Shown piece after piece: positions 10,970-22,224 of a stretch of 48,175 nt of DNA. Under the pieces are notes generated by a model, which worked only from the letters and a program-made list of their open reading frames with translations, did not search any database and was not told where the DNA came from. The stretch is taken from assembly GCA_050115425.1 (NCBI GenBank), contig JASFQN010000001.1, forward strand, positions 1-48,175, in the 5' to 3' direction. The translations under genes were made by a program, and so were the position numbers. Numbering within the stretch: the first letter of the stretch is position 1; every line of letters begins with the position of its first letter. This DNA comes from Gammaproteobacteria bacterium. GTDB lineage: Bacteria > Pseudomonadota > Gammaproteobacteria > Natronospirales > JASFQN01.

Positions 10970-11326
10970 CTAGTGCTTGAGAATGTGCAGAAGTTCTTCC
11001 AGCTCCGTGCGGAGCTGACGAACGATCTGCTGGCTCTGGGAGACGTCCTGTTTGTTGGCATCGCCGGCCAACTGCTGGCGGGCGCCACCAATGGTGAAGC
11101 CCTGTTCATACAGGAGTGCCCGGATTTGGCGGATGACCAGTACGTCGTGACGCTGGTAATACCGCCGATTGCCACGGCGCTTGACGGGCTTGAGCTGGGG
11201 AAATTCCTGTTCCCAGTATCTGAGGACGTGCGGCTTGACCGCGCAGAGGTCGCTCACTTCGCCGATGGTGAAGTAGCGCTTGCCCGGAATCGGGGGCAGT
11301 TCGTCATTATTCCCCGCTTCCAGCAT
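10970..11326 (-). CDS. MerR-family transcriptional regulator
   Basis: N-terminal [28 protein letters not shown]...RRGNRRYY. Overlaps the ihfA 3' end by 20 nt. This is the conserved position downstream of pheST-ihfA. Confidence 0.85.
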   Translation of the reverse strand: MLEAGNNDELPPIPGKRYFTIGEVSDLCAVKPHVLRYWEQEFPQLKPVKRRGNRRYYQRHDVLVIRQIRALLYEQGFTIGGARQQLAGDANKQDVSQSQQIVRQLRTELEELLHILKH

Positions 11327-11606
11327 AGGCCTCCACTCTCGCTTTCAGTTTCTGGCCGGGCCGGAAGGTCACCACACGGCGGGCGGTAATCGGAATTTCT
11401 TCGCCCGTCTTGGGATTGCGGCCGGGCCGCTGGTTCTTGTCACGCAGGTCGAAATTGCCGAATCCCGAGAGTTTCACCTGACGGCCGGCTGCCAGGGCCG
11501 AACGGACCTCCTCGAAGAACAGGTCCACCAGCTCCTTGGCTTCCCGCTTGTTGAGGCCCAGTTCCTCGAACAACGCCTCTGCCAGTTCCGCCTTGGTAAG
11601 TGCCAT
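11307..11606 (-). CDS. ihfA: integration host factor subunit alpha
   Basis: [34 protein letters not shown]...[41 protein letters not shown]. Confidence 0.95.
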   Translation of the reverse strand: MALTKAELAEALFEELGLNKREAKELVDLFFEEVRSALAAGRQVKLSGFGNFDLRDKNQRPGRNPKTGEEIPITARRVVTFRPGQKLKARVEAYAGSGE

Positions 11607-11609
11607 GAC

Positions 11610-13985
11610 TCAGTCTCGTATTATTCCCTGCACATCATCGCGCAACCGGCCGATAACGGCCCCCATCACCTCGTCGATTGCGCTCTCAGTAAGAGTGCGC
11701 GAAGAATCCTGTAAAATCAAGCCTAAAGCGATACTTTTTCGTCCGGAATCTACTCCCTTGCCGCGGTACACATCGAAGATTCGCAGCTCCTTGAGGAGGT
11801 TCCCGGCCGCCTTGGTAACACAGTCCCTGATTCTGGCTGCCGACACACCCTCCTCGACCACCACCGCCAGATCCCGACGAATCGCCGGGAACCGCGAAAT
11901 CGTCTCAAGCTCGGGTATGCTGGCCGACTGCAGAGGCCCGAGGGCCAGCTCGAACAGGTAGATTCCCGCCGGCAGATCAAGCCGGGCGCTCAAACGGGGA
12001 TGCAGCCGGCCCACCCAGCCGAATGGCACCTGGTCCCGCAATACCCGCGCGCTTTGCCCGGGATGCAGAGCGACGTGCTCGGCGGCCTCGAAGTCGAACT
12101 CGGCCTCACGGTTGCCCACGGCCAGCAGCGCCTCCAGATCACCTTTGACATCGGCGAAGTCCGTTTCACGTTGTTGGAGGTCCCATTGCTCCGGATGCAC
12201 GGGGCCAAAAACAAGGCCGGATATAACAGTTTCCTGTTTTATTTCAGAATGTTGCTCGATAAACCTCAGGCCGGTTTCGAATATTCTGACACGCGCCTGC
12301 TGGCGGTTCAGATTGTATTGCAGCGCTTGCACCAGACCCGGCCAGAGCATGCACCGCATGTGCGTCATTTCGGCGGTGATGGGATTGGCGAGCTCAATGC
12401 CACTGTTGCCGGTCAACGCCTCCTGCAGCTCGCGAGGTACAAAGCTATAGGTGATGACTTCCTGATAGCCACGTTCGACCAGGGGCGCACGCAGCCGTGA
12501 GAGGGAAAGCTGTCCCTCCGGCACAGGCTCCATCGGCTGAGTGGTGGGATATTGGGCAGGCTGTATGTGGTCATAGCCATAAATGCGCCCGACCTCCTCC
12601 ACGAGATCCTCTTCGATTTCGATATCGAAGCGGTGGCCAGGGGCCTGGACGGTCCACCCTTCCTGGCCTGGGCGGGGCGGCATCGCGAGGCGGGTGAGAA
12701 TGCGCTCGACATCGGCATCCGGAACCCGCATACCCAGAATGCGCTCAAGCCGCTGGCGGCGCAGGCTGATCGTGTTGCGGACCGGGAGTCTGCTCTTGTC
12801 AACGGATTCAACGACCGGACCGGGCCGGCCACCCGCGATCTCCTGCAAGAGAAGCGTGGCACGCTCCATGGCGCGCCGCTGCCCCTGGGGGTCCACGCCT
12901 CGCTCGAAGCGGTAGCCTGCGTCGGTGTGCAGACCCAGACGCCGCGGGCGGCCATTGATGGCTTCCGGGGCGAACCAGGCGCATTCCAGATACAGGTCCG
13001 TGGTGTCGGCCTGAACACCCGAGCCCTCACCACCCATGATGCCGGCCAGGCCGAGGACACGCTCATGATCGGCGATGACCAGCATGTCGGCGTCCAGCTT
13101 GACCATGCTGCCATCCAGCAGCTGCAATTCTTCGCCCTCCTCTGCCATGCGCACCACAATGCCTCCGCGTATCTGACGCAGATCGTAGGCGTGCATTGGC
13201 TGACCCAGTTCAAGCATCACGTACTGGGTCACGTCCACGGTGGGGCTGACAGGCCGGATTCCCGCACGACGCAGACGTTCGCACATCCACAGGGGTGTCT
13301 CGGCCGCCGGATCGACGCCATGGATCACCCGGCCGAGAAAAATCGGGCAGGCCGCCGGGGCATCCAGACGCACTGCCACTTGCACGTCCTGGACCGCCGG
13401 CACTTCGTCCGCGGCAGGCTCCGCAAGCTCAAGGTCATAGAGGGCGCTCACGTCCCGCGCCACGCCCAGCATGCCCAGGCAATCTCCCCGGTTCGGGGTG
13501 ATTTCAATATCGATGACGCGATCCTCGCCACCCAGGTATTCGCCGACAGGCGTTCCCGGTCGGGCGTCCGTACCAAGCTCCAGGAGGCCACTGTGATCGT
13601 CGCCGAGACCCAGTTCCTTCGCTGAGCAAAGCATGCCTGCCGACTCCACGCCGCGGAGCGTGGCCTTGCGAATCCTTGTACCGTCCGGCAGACGCGAACC
13701 GGGCAATACGACCGCTGCCCGCATTCCCGGCCGGACATTGGGTGCGCCGCAGACAATCCGGGACTCCTTGCCGGCGCCGACGTTCACCCGACAGACCGAC
13801 AGTTTGTCGGCATCGGGATGCCTTTCCACCTCGACGACCTCACCGACCACGATGTCGTCCAGTGCCGGCGCCGCGGGTTCGACCGCAGCAACCTCGAGCC
13901 CGGCGAGGCTGAGACGGTCGGCGACCGCCTGTGCATCGTCGGGCACCGCCACAAATTCCTTCAACCATTGGTAGCTGACTTTCAT
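11610..13985 (-). CDS. pheT: phenylalanine--tRNA ligase beta subunit
   Basis: 791 aa, MKVSYQWLKEFV..., with tRNA-binding, B3/4, B5 and FDX-ACB regions. Directly downstream of pheS. Confidence 0.97.
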   Translation of the reverse strand: MKVSYQWLKEFVAVPDDAQAVADRLSLAGLEVAAVEPAAPALDDIVVGEVVEVERHPDADKLSVCRVNVGAGKESRIVCGAPNVRPGMRAAVVLPGSRLPDGTRIRKATLRGVESAGMLCSAKELGLGDDHSGLLELGTDARPGTPVGEYLGGEDRVIDIEITPNRGDCLGMLGVARDVSALYDLELAEPAADEVPAVQDVQVAVRLDAPAACPIFLGRVIHGVDPAAETPLWMCERLRRAGIRPVSPTVDVTQYVMLELGQPMHAYDLRQIRGGIVVRMAEEGEELQLLDGSMVKLDADMLVIADHERVLGLAGIMGGEGSGVQADTTDLYLECAWFAPEAINGRPRRLGLHTDAGYRFERGVDPQGQRRAMERATLLLQEIAGGRPGPVVESVDKSRLPVRNTISLRRQRLERILGMRVPDADVERILTRLAMPPRPGQEGWTVQAPGHRFDIEIEEDLVEEVGRIYGYDHIQPAQYPTTQPMEPVPEGQLSLSRLRAPLVERGYQEVITYSFVPRELQEALTGNSGIELANPITAEMTHMRCMLWPGLVQALQYNLNRQQARVRIFETGLRFIEQHSEIKQETVISGLVFGPVHPEQWDLQQRETDFADVKGDLEALLAVGNREAEFDFEAAEHVALHPGQSARVLRDQVPFGWVGRLHPRLSARLDLPAGIYLFELALGPLQSASIPELETISRFPAIRRDLAVVVEEGVSAARIRDCVTKAAGNLLKELRIFDVYRGKGVDSGRKSIALGLILQDSSRTLTESAIDEVMGAVIGRLRDDVQGIIRD

Positions 13986-14004
13986 TCCGGTCCCCGTCCG
14001 CGCC

Positions 14005-15024
<1,020 letters not shown>

Positions 15025-15068
15025 TCAGATTCTCCCGATGCTCCCCGGCGCACCGCTGCGGGTCCGCC

Positions 15069-15106
15069 AAAAGCAAGAAAGGGGAAAGGTATCGAGCCTT
15101 TCCCCT
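15069..15106 (-). terminator. rho-independent terminator/attenuator between rplT and pheS
   Basis: Minus-strand RNA AGGGGAAAGG-CUCGAUA-CCUUUCCCCU (perfect 10-bp stem) followed by UUCUUGCUUUU. It lies 50 nt after the rplT stop and 44 nt before the pheS GTG. Confidence 0.6.
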
Positions 15107-15156
15107 CTCCGCTGATCCGGTCGAAGTGCGCGCGCAAACGCGCCCCTGAACCGATT

Positions 15157-15513
15157 TTAAGCCAGGCTCGCCTTTGCCTTTTCCGCCAGGCTGGCAAAGC
15201 CGGCCTTGTCGAACACGGCAATATCGGCCAGGACCTTGCGATCCAGCTCGATATCCGCCTTCTTCAGGCCATTCATGAACCGGCTGTAGGACAGACCGTT
15301 CTCGCGCGCTGCGGCGTTGATACGCACGATCCACAAAGCGCGGAACTGGCGTTTGCGCTGCCGCCGGTCACGATAAGCGTATTGACCCGCCTTGGTCACC
15401 GCCTGTTTGGCGGAACGGTAGGCCTTGCGACGCTGGCCGTAGTAGCCCTTTGCCTTGGAAAGGACCTTGTTGTGCCTGGCGCGGGCGATGACGCCACGTT
15501 TTACTCTCGCCAT
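15157..15513 (-). CDS. rplT: 50S ribosomal protein L20
   Basis: [39 protein letters not shown]... Confidence 0.97.
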   Translation of the reverse strand: MARVKRGVIARARHNKVLSKAKGYYGQRRKAYRSAKQAVTKAGQYAYRDRRQRKRQFRALWIVRINAAARENGLSYSRFMNGLKKADIELDRKVLADIAVFDKAGFASLAEKAKASLA

Positions 15514-15526
15514 GGTTCAGTCCTCC

Positions 15527-15724
15527 TCAGGCGTACGGAAGCATGCGACGGACGGCGCCCAGGTCGCTTGCATCAATGTGGGCATCCGCGCGCAACTGCC
15601 GCTTCCGCTTGGTGCTTTTCTTGGTCAGGATATGGCGGTGATGGGACTGGCCCCGCTTGAAGCCACCGCCACCCGTGGGCTTGAACCGCTTGGCGGCGCC
15701 CCGGTTGGATTTCATCTTGGGCAT
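15527..15724 (-). CDS. rpmI: 50S ribosomal protein L35
   Basis: [45 protein letters not shown]... Confidence 0.97.
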   Translation of the reverse strand: MPKMKSNRGAAKRFKPTGGGGFKRGQSHHRHILTKKSTKRKRQLRADAHIDASDLGAVRRMLPYA

Positions 15725-15837
15725 TTCAACTTCTCCATTTGTCAGCCTGGTCCTTCCGTCAGAAAGGGACGAAAGCGTTTCAAAAACCAGGGTCGGAACC
15801 GGCTTGCCGGTCCGATTTTTCTAATGCAGCCGTGCGG

Positions 15838-16371
15838 CTACTTCTTTTTCGGGCCGAGAACCATCACCATCTGCCGGCCTTCCATTTTCGGGTATTGCTC
15901 GACGATCGCCAATTCAGCCAGATCATCGCGCACCCGCTCCAGCAACTGACGACCGAGATCCTGGTGCAGCATCTCGCGCCCGCGGAACCGCAGGGTCACC
16001 TTGGCCTTGTCCCCTTCCTCCAGGAAGCGGGTCAGGTTACGCATCTTGACCTTGTAGTCCCCTTCGTCCGTCCCCGGACGAAATTTCACTTCCTTGACCT
16101 GGATCTGCTTCTGCTTGCGCTGATTGGCCTGGGCCTTCTTCTTCTGTTCGAAGAGGAATTTGCCATAGTCCATGATCCGGCAGACCGGAGGGTCCGCATT
16201 CGGCGAAACCTCCACGAGATCCAAACCCGCTTCTTCGGCCACCTCCAATGCATCGCGGAAGGACTTGATGCCCATCTGCTCGCCCTCTTCGTCGATCAGG
16301 CGAACCTGTGATGCATTGATTTCCCGGTTGCGCCGAGCACGTTTATCCTGAGCGATATTTACATCCTCCAA
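15838..16371 (-). CDS. infC: translation initiation factor IF-3
   Basis: ...[62 protein letters not shown]...[13 protein letters not shown]. The track start at 16371 is a TTG without an SD. In-frame AUC at 16356-16354 lies 8 nt after GGAGGA (see findings). Confidence 0.95.
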   Translation of the reverse strand: MEDVNIAQDKRARRNREINASQVRLIDEEGEQMGIKSFRDALEVAEEAGLDLVEVSPNADPPVCRIMDYGKFLFEQKKKAQANQRKQKQIQVKEVKFRPGTDEGDYKVKMRNLTRFLEEGDKAKVTLRFRGREMLHQDLGRQLLERVRDDLAELAIVEQYPKMEGRQMVMVLGPKKK

Positions 16372-16459
16372 ACTTAAGAAACCGCCGACCCGTCCCCCGG
16401 CATTCAGTGTCCGGGCTCAAGCCGGTGGTTCCTGAATTTCCCCATCCGAAGCACGCGGA

Positions 16460-18376
16460 TCAATCGCCTCGGCCCAGCCGGGCAATTTCGGAGCGAAGTC
16501 TCCCGATCAGCTCGTCCAGCGACATGCTGCCGAGATCCTCGCCACCCCGCGTGCGTACGGATACGGAATCGGACTCCATCTCGCGGTCCCCGACCACCAG
16601 AAGGTAAGGGACGCGCTGCATCGTATGCTCGCGAATTTTAAAGCCGATCTTCTCGTTTCTCAAGTCCGACTCGACCCGAACACCCTGATTTTCCAGCAAT
16701 TCAGCCACCCGGGCCGCGTACTCTGCCTGCCGGTCGGTGATATTGAGCACGACCGCCTGCACGGGGGCCAGCCAGAGCGGCAGGGAGCCCGCGTAGTGCT
16801 CGATCAGGATACCGATGAATCGTTCCAGTGAACCCAGGATGGCGCGGTGCAGCATGACAGGCACGCGCTTGCTGCCATCTTCTGCCACGTAGGTGGCGCC
16901 CAGGCGCTGCGGCATGGAAAAGTCCAGCTGCATCGTGCCCAGTTGCCAGACACGGCCGATGGAATCGCGCAGCGAAAATTCAATCTTTGGTCCGTAGAAC
17001 GCGCCCTCACCGGGCTGAAGCTCCCAATCCAGGCCGGTTTCGTCAAGCGCGCTCTCCAGCGCCCTTTCCGCCTTGTCCCAGATTTCGTCCGAGCCGACCC
17101 GCTTCTCGGGCCGAGTGGACAGCTTGACCAGCACGTCATCGAAGCCGAAGTCCCGGTACACCGAATACAACAACTCGATGAACGAGGACACCTCGCCGCC
17201 GATCTGCTCCTCGGAGCAGAAAATGTGGGCGTCGTCCTGAACGAAATTGCGTACCCGCATGAGGCCGTGGAGCGTCCCGGACGGCTCGTTGCGGTGGCAG
17301 GAGCCGAATTCCGCCATCCGCAACGGCAGTTCCCGATAGCTGTGCAGCCGCGTGTTGTAGATCTGGATGTGCCCCGGGCAGTTCATCGGCTTGACTGCGT
17401 AATCGCGATTCTCCGACTGCGTATAGAACATGTCGTCGCCGAACTTCTCCCAGTGCCCGGATTTCTCCCAGAGCACCCGGTCCATGATCTGCGGTGTGCA
17501 GACTTCCTGATAGCCCGCCTTGCGCAGACGCTCGCGAATGTAGTCACGAATCACGGTGTTGATCAACCAGCCCTTGTCGTGCCAGAAGACCATCCCGGGC
17601 GCCTCTTCCTGGGTATGAAAGAGATCCAGAATCCGGCCGAACCGCCGATGGTCACGCTTCTCGGCTTCCTCGAGGCGGTGCAGGTAGCTCTTGAGGTCCT
17701 TCTTGTTGGACCAGGCCGTGCCATAAATGCGCTGCAACATTTCGTTATTTGAGTCACCTCGCCAGTACGCACCGGCCACCTTCATCAGCTTGAACGCCTG
17801 GAGCGCGCCGGTATTGGGCACGTGCGGGCCGCGGCAAAGATCCATCCAGTCGCCCTGGCGATAAATCGATATCTGCTCGTGGGCGGGCAGATCGCGGATG
17901 ATTTCCGCCTTGTACTTCTCGCCGATATCCTCGAAATGCTTCGCCGCTGCCTCGCGGTCCCAGACCTCGCGCTTCACTTCCAGGCCGCGCCCGGCGATCT
18001 CATGCATCCGCGCCTCGATCTTTTCCAGATCCTCCGGCGTGAACGGCTTGTCGCGGGCGAAGTCGTAATAGAAACCGTTTTCGATTACCGGACCGATCGT
18101 GACCTGGGTGTCCGGATAAAGCTCCTGGACGGCGTGCGCCAGCAGGTGTGCGGTGGAATGGCGGATGATTTCCAGGCCATCTTCGTCGCGATCGGTGACA
18201 ATCGCCACCTCGGCATCGTCATCCACGACGTGACTGGTATCCACCAGGCTGCCATTCACCTTGCCGGCCAGCGCGGCCTTGGCCAGGCCAGGGCCAATAT
18301 CGGCGGCAATGGCGTGAATGGAAACAGGGGCGTCGAAACGGCGTTCGGAGCCGTCGGGAAGGGTGATGACTGGCAT
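16460..18376 (-). CDS. thrS: threonine--tRNA ligase
   Basis: 638 aa, [15 protein letters not shown]... (TGS domain), editing domain, class II core and anticodon-binding domain. ATG at 18376. Confidence 0.97.
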   Translation of the reverse strand: MPVITLPDGSERRFDAPVSIHAIAADIGPGLAKAALAGKVNGSLVDTSHVVDDDAEVAIVTDRDEDGLEIIRHSTAHLLAHAVQELYPDTQVTIGPVIENGFYYDFARDKPFTPEDLEKIEARMHEIAGRGLEVKREVWDREAAAKHFEDIGEKYKAEIIRDLPAHEQISIYRQGDWMDLCRGPHVPNTGALQAFKLMKVAGAYWRGDSNNEMLQRIYGTAWSNKKDLKSYLHRLEEAEKRDHRRFGRILDLFHTQEEAPGMVFWHDKGWLINTVIRDYIRERLRKAGYQEVCTPQIMDRVLWEKSGHWEKFGDDMFYTQSENRDYAVKPMNCPGHIQIYNTRLHSYRELPLRMAEFGSCHRNEPSGTLHGLMRVRNFVQDDAHIFCSEEQIGGEVSSFIELLYSVYRDFGFDDVLVKLSTRPEKRVGSDEIWDKAERALESALDETGLDWELQPGEGAFYGPKIEFSLRDSIGRVWQLGTMQLDFSMPQRLGATYVAEDGSKRVPVMLHRAILGSLERFIGILIEHYAGSLPLWLAPVQAVVLNITDRQAEYAARVAELLENQGVRVESDLRNEKIGFKIREHTMQRVPYLLVVGDREMESDSVSVRTRGGEDLGSMSLDELIGRLRSEIARLGRGD

Positions 18377-18395
18377 GGTCTGTCTACCTCTTGGT

Positions 18396-18413
18396 GGCCG
18401 CTACGAATCGGCC
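18396..18413 (-). promoter_or_regulatory. candidate ThrRS translational operator hairpin (tRNA-Thr anticodon-arm mimic)
   Basis: Minus-strand RNA GGCCG-AUUCGUAG-CGGCC: a 5-bp stem whose loop contains U-CGU-A. It ends 4 nt upstream of the SD AAGAGG and 19 nt upstream of the thrS AUG. Confidence 0.4.
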
Positions 18414-18443
18414 AGGTCTTGCCCGGGCCCCGAGGGGCCCGCC

Positions 18444-18473
18444 GAAACAACAAGGCACCGCGAAAGCGGTGCC
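18444..18473 (-). terminator. rho-independent terminator downstream of tRNA-Val
   Basis: Minus-strand RNA GGCACCGC-UUUC-GCGGUGCC followed by UUGUUGUUUC. Confidence 0.65.
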
Positions 18474-18485
18474 CTGCCGGGAATC

Positions 18486-18562
18486 TGGTAGGCGCGATTG
18501 GATTCGAACCAACGACCCCCACCATGTCAAGGTGGTGCTCTAACCAACTGAGCTACGCGCCT
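18486..18562 (-). tRNA. tRNA-Val (anticodon GAC)
   Basis: Reverse complement AGGCGCGTAGCTCAGTTGGTTAGAGCACCACCTTGACATGGTGGGGGTCGTTGGTTCGAATCCAATCGCGCCTACCA. Complete cloverleaf, anticodon loop UUGACAU. Confidence 0.93.
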
Positions 18563-18592
18563 GCTGCCCCGCCGGTCACGGCGGGGACGGGA

Positions 18593-18621
18593 AAGATACC
18601 GCAACCGTCTTCGCCGGGCAA
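18593..18621 (-). promoter_or_regulatory. candidate sigma70 promoter for tRNA-Val (and possibly read-through into thrS)
   Basis: Minus strand: TTGCCC (18621-18616), 17-nt spacer, TATCTT (18598-18593), about 30 nt upstream of the tRNA 5' end. Confidence 0.25.
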
Positions 18622-18638
18622 GGCTTGGCGGACGAAAG

Positions 18639-20666
18639 TCAGCCCGTGGCCTGTTCTTCGGGCAATCCGAGCTCCGATTCACGCATGCGGTGAATGCGAT
18701 CACGCAGGCGCGCGGCCTCCTCGAACTCCAGATCCCGGGCATGCTGGTGCATCTTCTGCTCCAGCCGCTCGATCTCGCGGGCCAGCTGCGCCGGCGTCAT
18801 GTCGGCATATTCGCCTCGGGAGTCAGCCGCTCGCAGACGCTCGGCGACGACCACGCCGCCCTTGCTGTAGGCACCCTCCATGACATCGGCCACTGCCTTG
18901 CGGATGCCCTGCGGGGAGATGCCGTGTTCTTCATTGAACGCCAATTGCTTTTCCCGTCGCCGCTGGGTCTCGGCCAGTGCCCGCTCCATGGAGCCCGTCA
19001 TGCGCTCCGCATAGAGAATCGCGGTACCGTTCAGATTCCGCGCGGCCCGGCCAATGGTCTGGATCAGTGAACCTTCCGAGCGCAGGAAACCCTCCTTGTC
19101 GGCATCCAGGATGGCGACCAGAGAGACCTCCGGCAGATCCAGGCCCTCGCGCAGCAGGTTGATGCCTACCAGTACGTCGAATTCGCCCAGCCGCAGGTCG
19201 CGGATGATCTCGGCGCGCTCCACAGTGTCAATATCGGAATGCAGATAGCGCACCCGAATACCGTGTTCCTGCAGATAGTCGGTCAGATCCTCGGCCATGC
19301 GCTTGGTCAGCGTGGTCACGAGCACCCGCTCGTTGCGCTCCACCCGGCCATTGATCTCCGACATGAGATCATCCACCTGGCTGCGAACCGGGCGCACGTG
19401 TACCTGGGGATCGACCAGACCCGTGGGACGCACCACCTGCTCGGCAATCGCATCGGCGTGTTCCAGCTCATAGGGGCCCGGAGTGGCAGACACATAGATG
19501 GTCTGCGGAGAAAGATGTTCGAATTCATCGAAGCGCAGCGGTCGGTTGTCGAGTGCCGAAGGCAAGCGGAAGCCATACTCGACCAGCGTCTCCTTGCGCG
19601 AACGATCCCCCCGATACATGCCGCCGAGCTGCGGAATGGTCACGTGACTCTCGTCAACCACGAGAAGCGCCTCCGGCGGCAGGTAGTCGAACAGCGTCGG
19701 TGGGGGCTCACCGGCGGCGCGCCCTGAAAGGTAGCGCGAATAATTCTCAATGCCTGAGCAATACCCCAGCTCCAGCATCATCTCCAGGTCAAAGCGCGTA
19801 CGTTGCTCGAGCCTCTGAGCCTCGACCAGCTTGTCGATCTCGCGCAGTTGCGCCAGCCGCTCGCTCAATTCCACCTTGATCTGGTCAATGGCACGCAGCA
19901 GATTGTCGCGCGGCGTGACATAGTGGCTGGTCGGAAAGATGGTCACGCGGGGTATGCGCCGCAGAACCTCCCCGGTCAGGGGATCGAAATAGCTCAGGGA
20001 TTCGATTTCGTCGTCGAACAACTCCACCCGCACCGCGTCGCGCTCCGACTCGGCGGGAAAGATGTCGATCACCTCGCCACGCACCCGGTAGGTACCCGCG
20101 CTCAGATCCATTTCATTGCGCTTGTATTGAAGCTCCGCCAGCCGGCGCAGGAGCTTTCGCTGGTCAATCCGGTCGCCGCGGTCGAGATGCAGCACCATGC
20201 TCAGATAGGCCTGGGGATCGCCGAGGCCATAAATGGCGGAAACGGTGGCGACGATGATCGTGTCCTTGCGCTCCATGATCGCCTTGGTCGCGGACAGCCG
20301 CATCTGCTCGATATGGTCGTTGATGGATGCGTCCTTCTCGATATAGGTGTCGGAGGACGGGACATAGGCCTCCGGCTGATAGTAATCGTAATAGGACACG
20401 AAATATTCCACGGCGTTGCGCGGGAAGAACTCACGCATTTCGCCGTAAAGCTGGGCCGCCAGTGTCTTGTTGGGCGCCAGCACCAGGGTGGGGCGCTGTT
20501 GGGCCTGGATGACATTGGCGATAGTGAAGGTCTTGCCCGACCCGGTCACGCCGAGAAGCACCTGCTTGGCCAGACCGGCCTCGAGCCCTTCATTGAGCTT
20601 GCGGATGGCCTCGGGTTGATCGCCTGCCGGCGAATAATCCGAATTGATCTCGAATCCTGCGTTCAT
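18639..20666 (-). CDS. uvrB: excinuclease ABC subunit B
   Basis: [31 protein letters not shown]...GVTGSGKT (Walker A), helicase motifs, and a C-terminal UVR domain ...[14 protein letters not shown] prefer ATG 20666. The in-frame extension to 20768 adds 34 non-homologous residues. Confidence 0.97.
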   Translation of the reverse strand: MNAGFEINSDYSPAGDQPEAIRKLNEGLEAGLAKQVLLGVTGSGKTFTIANVIQAQQRPTLVLAPNKTLAAQLYGEMREFFPRNAVEYFVSYYDYYQPEAYVPSSDTYIEKDASINDHIEQMRLSATKAIMERKDTIIVATVSAIYGLGDPQAYLSMVLHLDRGDRIDQRKLLRRLAELQYKRNEMDLSAGTYRVRGEVIDIFPAESERDAVRVELFDDEIESLSYFDPLTGEVLRRIPRVTIFPTSHYVTPRDNLLRAIDQIKVELSERLAQLREIDKLVEAQRLEQRTRFDLEMMLELGYCSGIENYSRYLSGRAAGEPPPTLFDYLPPEALLVVDESHVTIPQLGGMYRGDRSRKETLVEYGFRLPSALDNRPLRFDEFEHLSPQTIYVSATPGPYELEHADAIAEQVVRPTGLVDPQVHVRPVRSQVDDLMSEINGRVERNERVLVTTLTKRMAEDLTDYLQEHGIRVRYLHSDIDTVERAEIIRDLRLGEFDVLVGINLLREGLDLPEVSLVAILDADKEGFLRSEGSLIQTIGRAARNLNGTAILYAERMTGSMERALAETQRRREKQLAFNEEHGISPQGIRKAVADVMEGAYSKGGVVVAERLRAADSRGEYADMTPAQLAREIERLEQKMHQHARDLEFEEAARLRDRIHRMRESELGLPEEQATG

Positions 20667-20771
20667 GACTGGAGCTTCAGCGCAGTCACCCGGGTCCGGC
20701 CAACAGAAAGCAGGCGCTTGTGTCGCCGCGCACGCCGGATGCGCCCGGGTGAATTGGAAAGAGTACAAGTT

Positions 20772-20777
20772 TATAAT
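20772..20777 (+). promoter_or_regulatory. candidate -10 box (TATAAT) in the divergent uvrB / aminotransferase spacer
   Basis: Perfect TATAAT in an AT-rich patch about 40 nt upstream of the aminotransferase start. No good -35 at 17-nt spacing (TTGGAA is only 12 nt away). Confidence 0.3.
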
Positions 20778-20817
20778 GATACGCTGATTTTTTGTGGTTT
20801 ATCCAAGGGGTTTCATC

Positions 20818-21993
20818 TTGCCTTCCGAACGCGTCAAGCAGCTTCAACCTTCACCCACCCTGGCCGTTACGCAGCGCGCCGCCGAGCTCCGCGCCGCCGG
20901 GCGCGACATCATAGGCCTTGGTGCCGGGGAACCGGACTTCGACACGCCGGAACACATCAAGCAGGCCGCCATCCAGGCGATCAGGGACGGCCGCACCAAG
21001 TACACTGCGGTCGACGGAATTGCCGAGCTGAAGACCGCCATCATCGACAAACTCAAGCGCGACAACGGCCTGGCATTCGAGTCCAGCGAAATTCTTGTCT
21101 CGAACGGGGCCAAACACAGTCTGTTCAACCTCTGCCAGGCACTCATCAATCCCGGCGACGAGGCGGTGATCCCGGCCCCCTACTGGGTATCCTACCCCGC
21201 CATGGTGGAACTGGCGGGCGGCCGACCGATCGTGATCCGCTCCAGCATCGACCAGCGCTACAAGATTACCGCCGAGCAACTGGAAAAGGCTCTGACCCCC
21301 AAAACCCGTCTGGTTTTCCTCAACAGCCCGTCCAACCCGACCGGGGTGGCCTACAGCCGCGATGAACTAAAGGCGCTGGGCGAGGTTCTGACGAAGCACC
21401 CCGATGTGGTCGTGGCCACCGACGACATCTACGAACACATCCTCTGGGGTGCCGAACCCTTCTGCAATGCATTGATGGCCACCCCCGGTCTCAAGGAGCG
21501 CGCCGTCGTTTTCAATGGCGTCTCCAAGGCCTACTCCATGACCGGCTGGCGGATCGGCTATGCCGCGGGCCCCAAGGCTCTGATCGGCGGCATGAAGAAG
21601 ATTCAGTCGCAGAGCACGTCCAACCCCTGTTCGATCTCGCAGGCGGCCGCGGTCGCGGCGCTCGACGGCGACCAGGGCTGCGTGGCCGACATGGTCAAGG
21701 CCTTCCGCGAACGTCACGATTTCGTGGTCGGCGCCCTGAATGGTATCAGGGGCGTCAGGGCCATCCCCTCCGACGGTACGTTCTACAGCTTTCCGGATGT
21801 CAGCGAGGCCATCGCGGCACTGGATGGCGTGGATGACGACCTGCAACTGGCCGAATATCTCCTCAACGAAGCCAACGTGGCCCTGGTACCTGGCTCAGCC
21901 TTCGGCGCGCCGGGTCATATGCGGCTGTCCTATGCCACGAGCATGGACAATCTGCACAAGGCCATGGAGCGCCTCGGCGAGGCACTCGGCTGA
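20818..21993 (+). CDS. pyridoxal-phosphate-dependent aminotransferase, class I (aspartate aminotransferase-like)
   Basis: ...LQPSPTLAVTQRAAELRAAGRDIIGLGAGEPDFDTPEHIK... and the PLP-lysine motif SKAYSMTGWRIGY. Likely TTG start at 20818 (AAGGGG 7 nt upstream). The track start is a GTG at 20794. Confidence 0.9.
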   Translation: MPSERVKQLQPSPTLAVTQRAAELRAAGRDIIGLGAGEPDFDTPEHIKQAAIQAIRDGRTKYTAVDGIAELKTAIIDKLKRDNGLAFESSEILVSNGAKHSLFNLCQALINPGDEAVIPAPYWVSYPAMVELAGGRPIVIRSSIDQRYKITAEQLEKALTPKTRLVFLNSPSNPTGVAYSRDELKALGEVLTKHPDVVVATDDIYEHILWGAEPFCNALMATPGLKERAVVFNGVSKAYSMTGWRIGYAAGPKALIGGMKKIQSQSTSNPCSISQAAAVAALDGDQGCVADMVKAFRERHDFVVGALNGIRGVRAIPSDGTFYSFPDVSEAIAALDGVDDDLQLAEYLLNEANVALVPGSAFGAPGHMRLSYATSMDNLHKAMERLGEALG

Positions 21994-22069
21994 GATGACA
22001 ATATGCTTCCGGGGCCGGTTGACCGCCCCCGGAGGCTCCATTAGTATATGCGGCCTCTTGCAGAACACT

Positions 22070-22145
22070 TCCCCGGTAGCTCAGTCGGTAGAGCGGGTGA
22101 CTGTTAATCACTAGGTCGGCGGTTCGAGCCCGTCCCGGGGAGCCA
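22070..22145 (+). tRNA. tRNA-Asn (anticodon GTT)
   Basis: TCCCCGGTAGCTCAGTCGGTAGAGCGGGTGACTGTTAATCACTAGGTCGGCGGTTCGAGCCCGTCCCGGGGAGCCA. Full cloverleaf with encoded CCA. Confidence 0.93.
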
Positions 22146-22166
22146 GATTTCCTTGCAGGAATGCAC

Positions 22167-22199
22167 AAAAGCCCAGGCAGAGACCTGGGCTTTTGTTTT
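22167..22199. terminator. bidirectional rho-independent terminator (tRNA-Asn / galU)
   Basis: aaaagcccagg-cagaga-cctgggctttt, followed by gtttt on the plus strand and preceded by an A-run that serves the minus strand. Confidence 0.7.
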
Positions 22200-22224
22200 C
22201 AGAGCGCTTGTCGGACAGCGCGTG

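Noticed and set aside
20667-20817. SOS (LexA) box upstream of uvrB.
   Set aside because: I searched both strands of the spacer for CTGT-N8-ACAG and found none. The AT-rich TTTATAATGATACGCTG segment is not a LexA-type palindrome.
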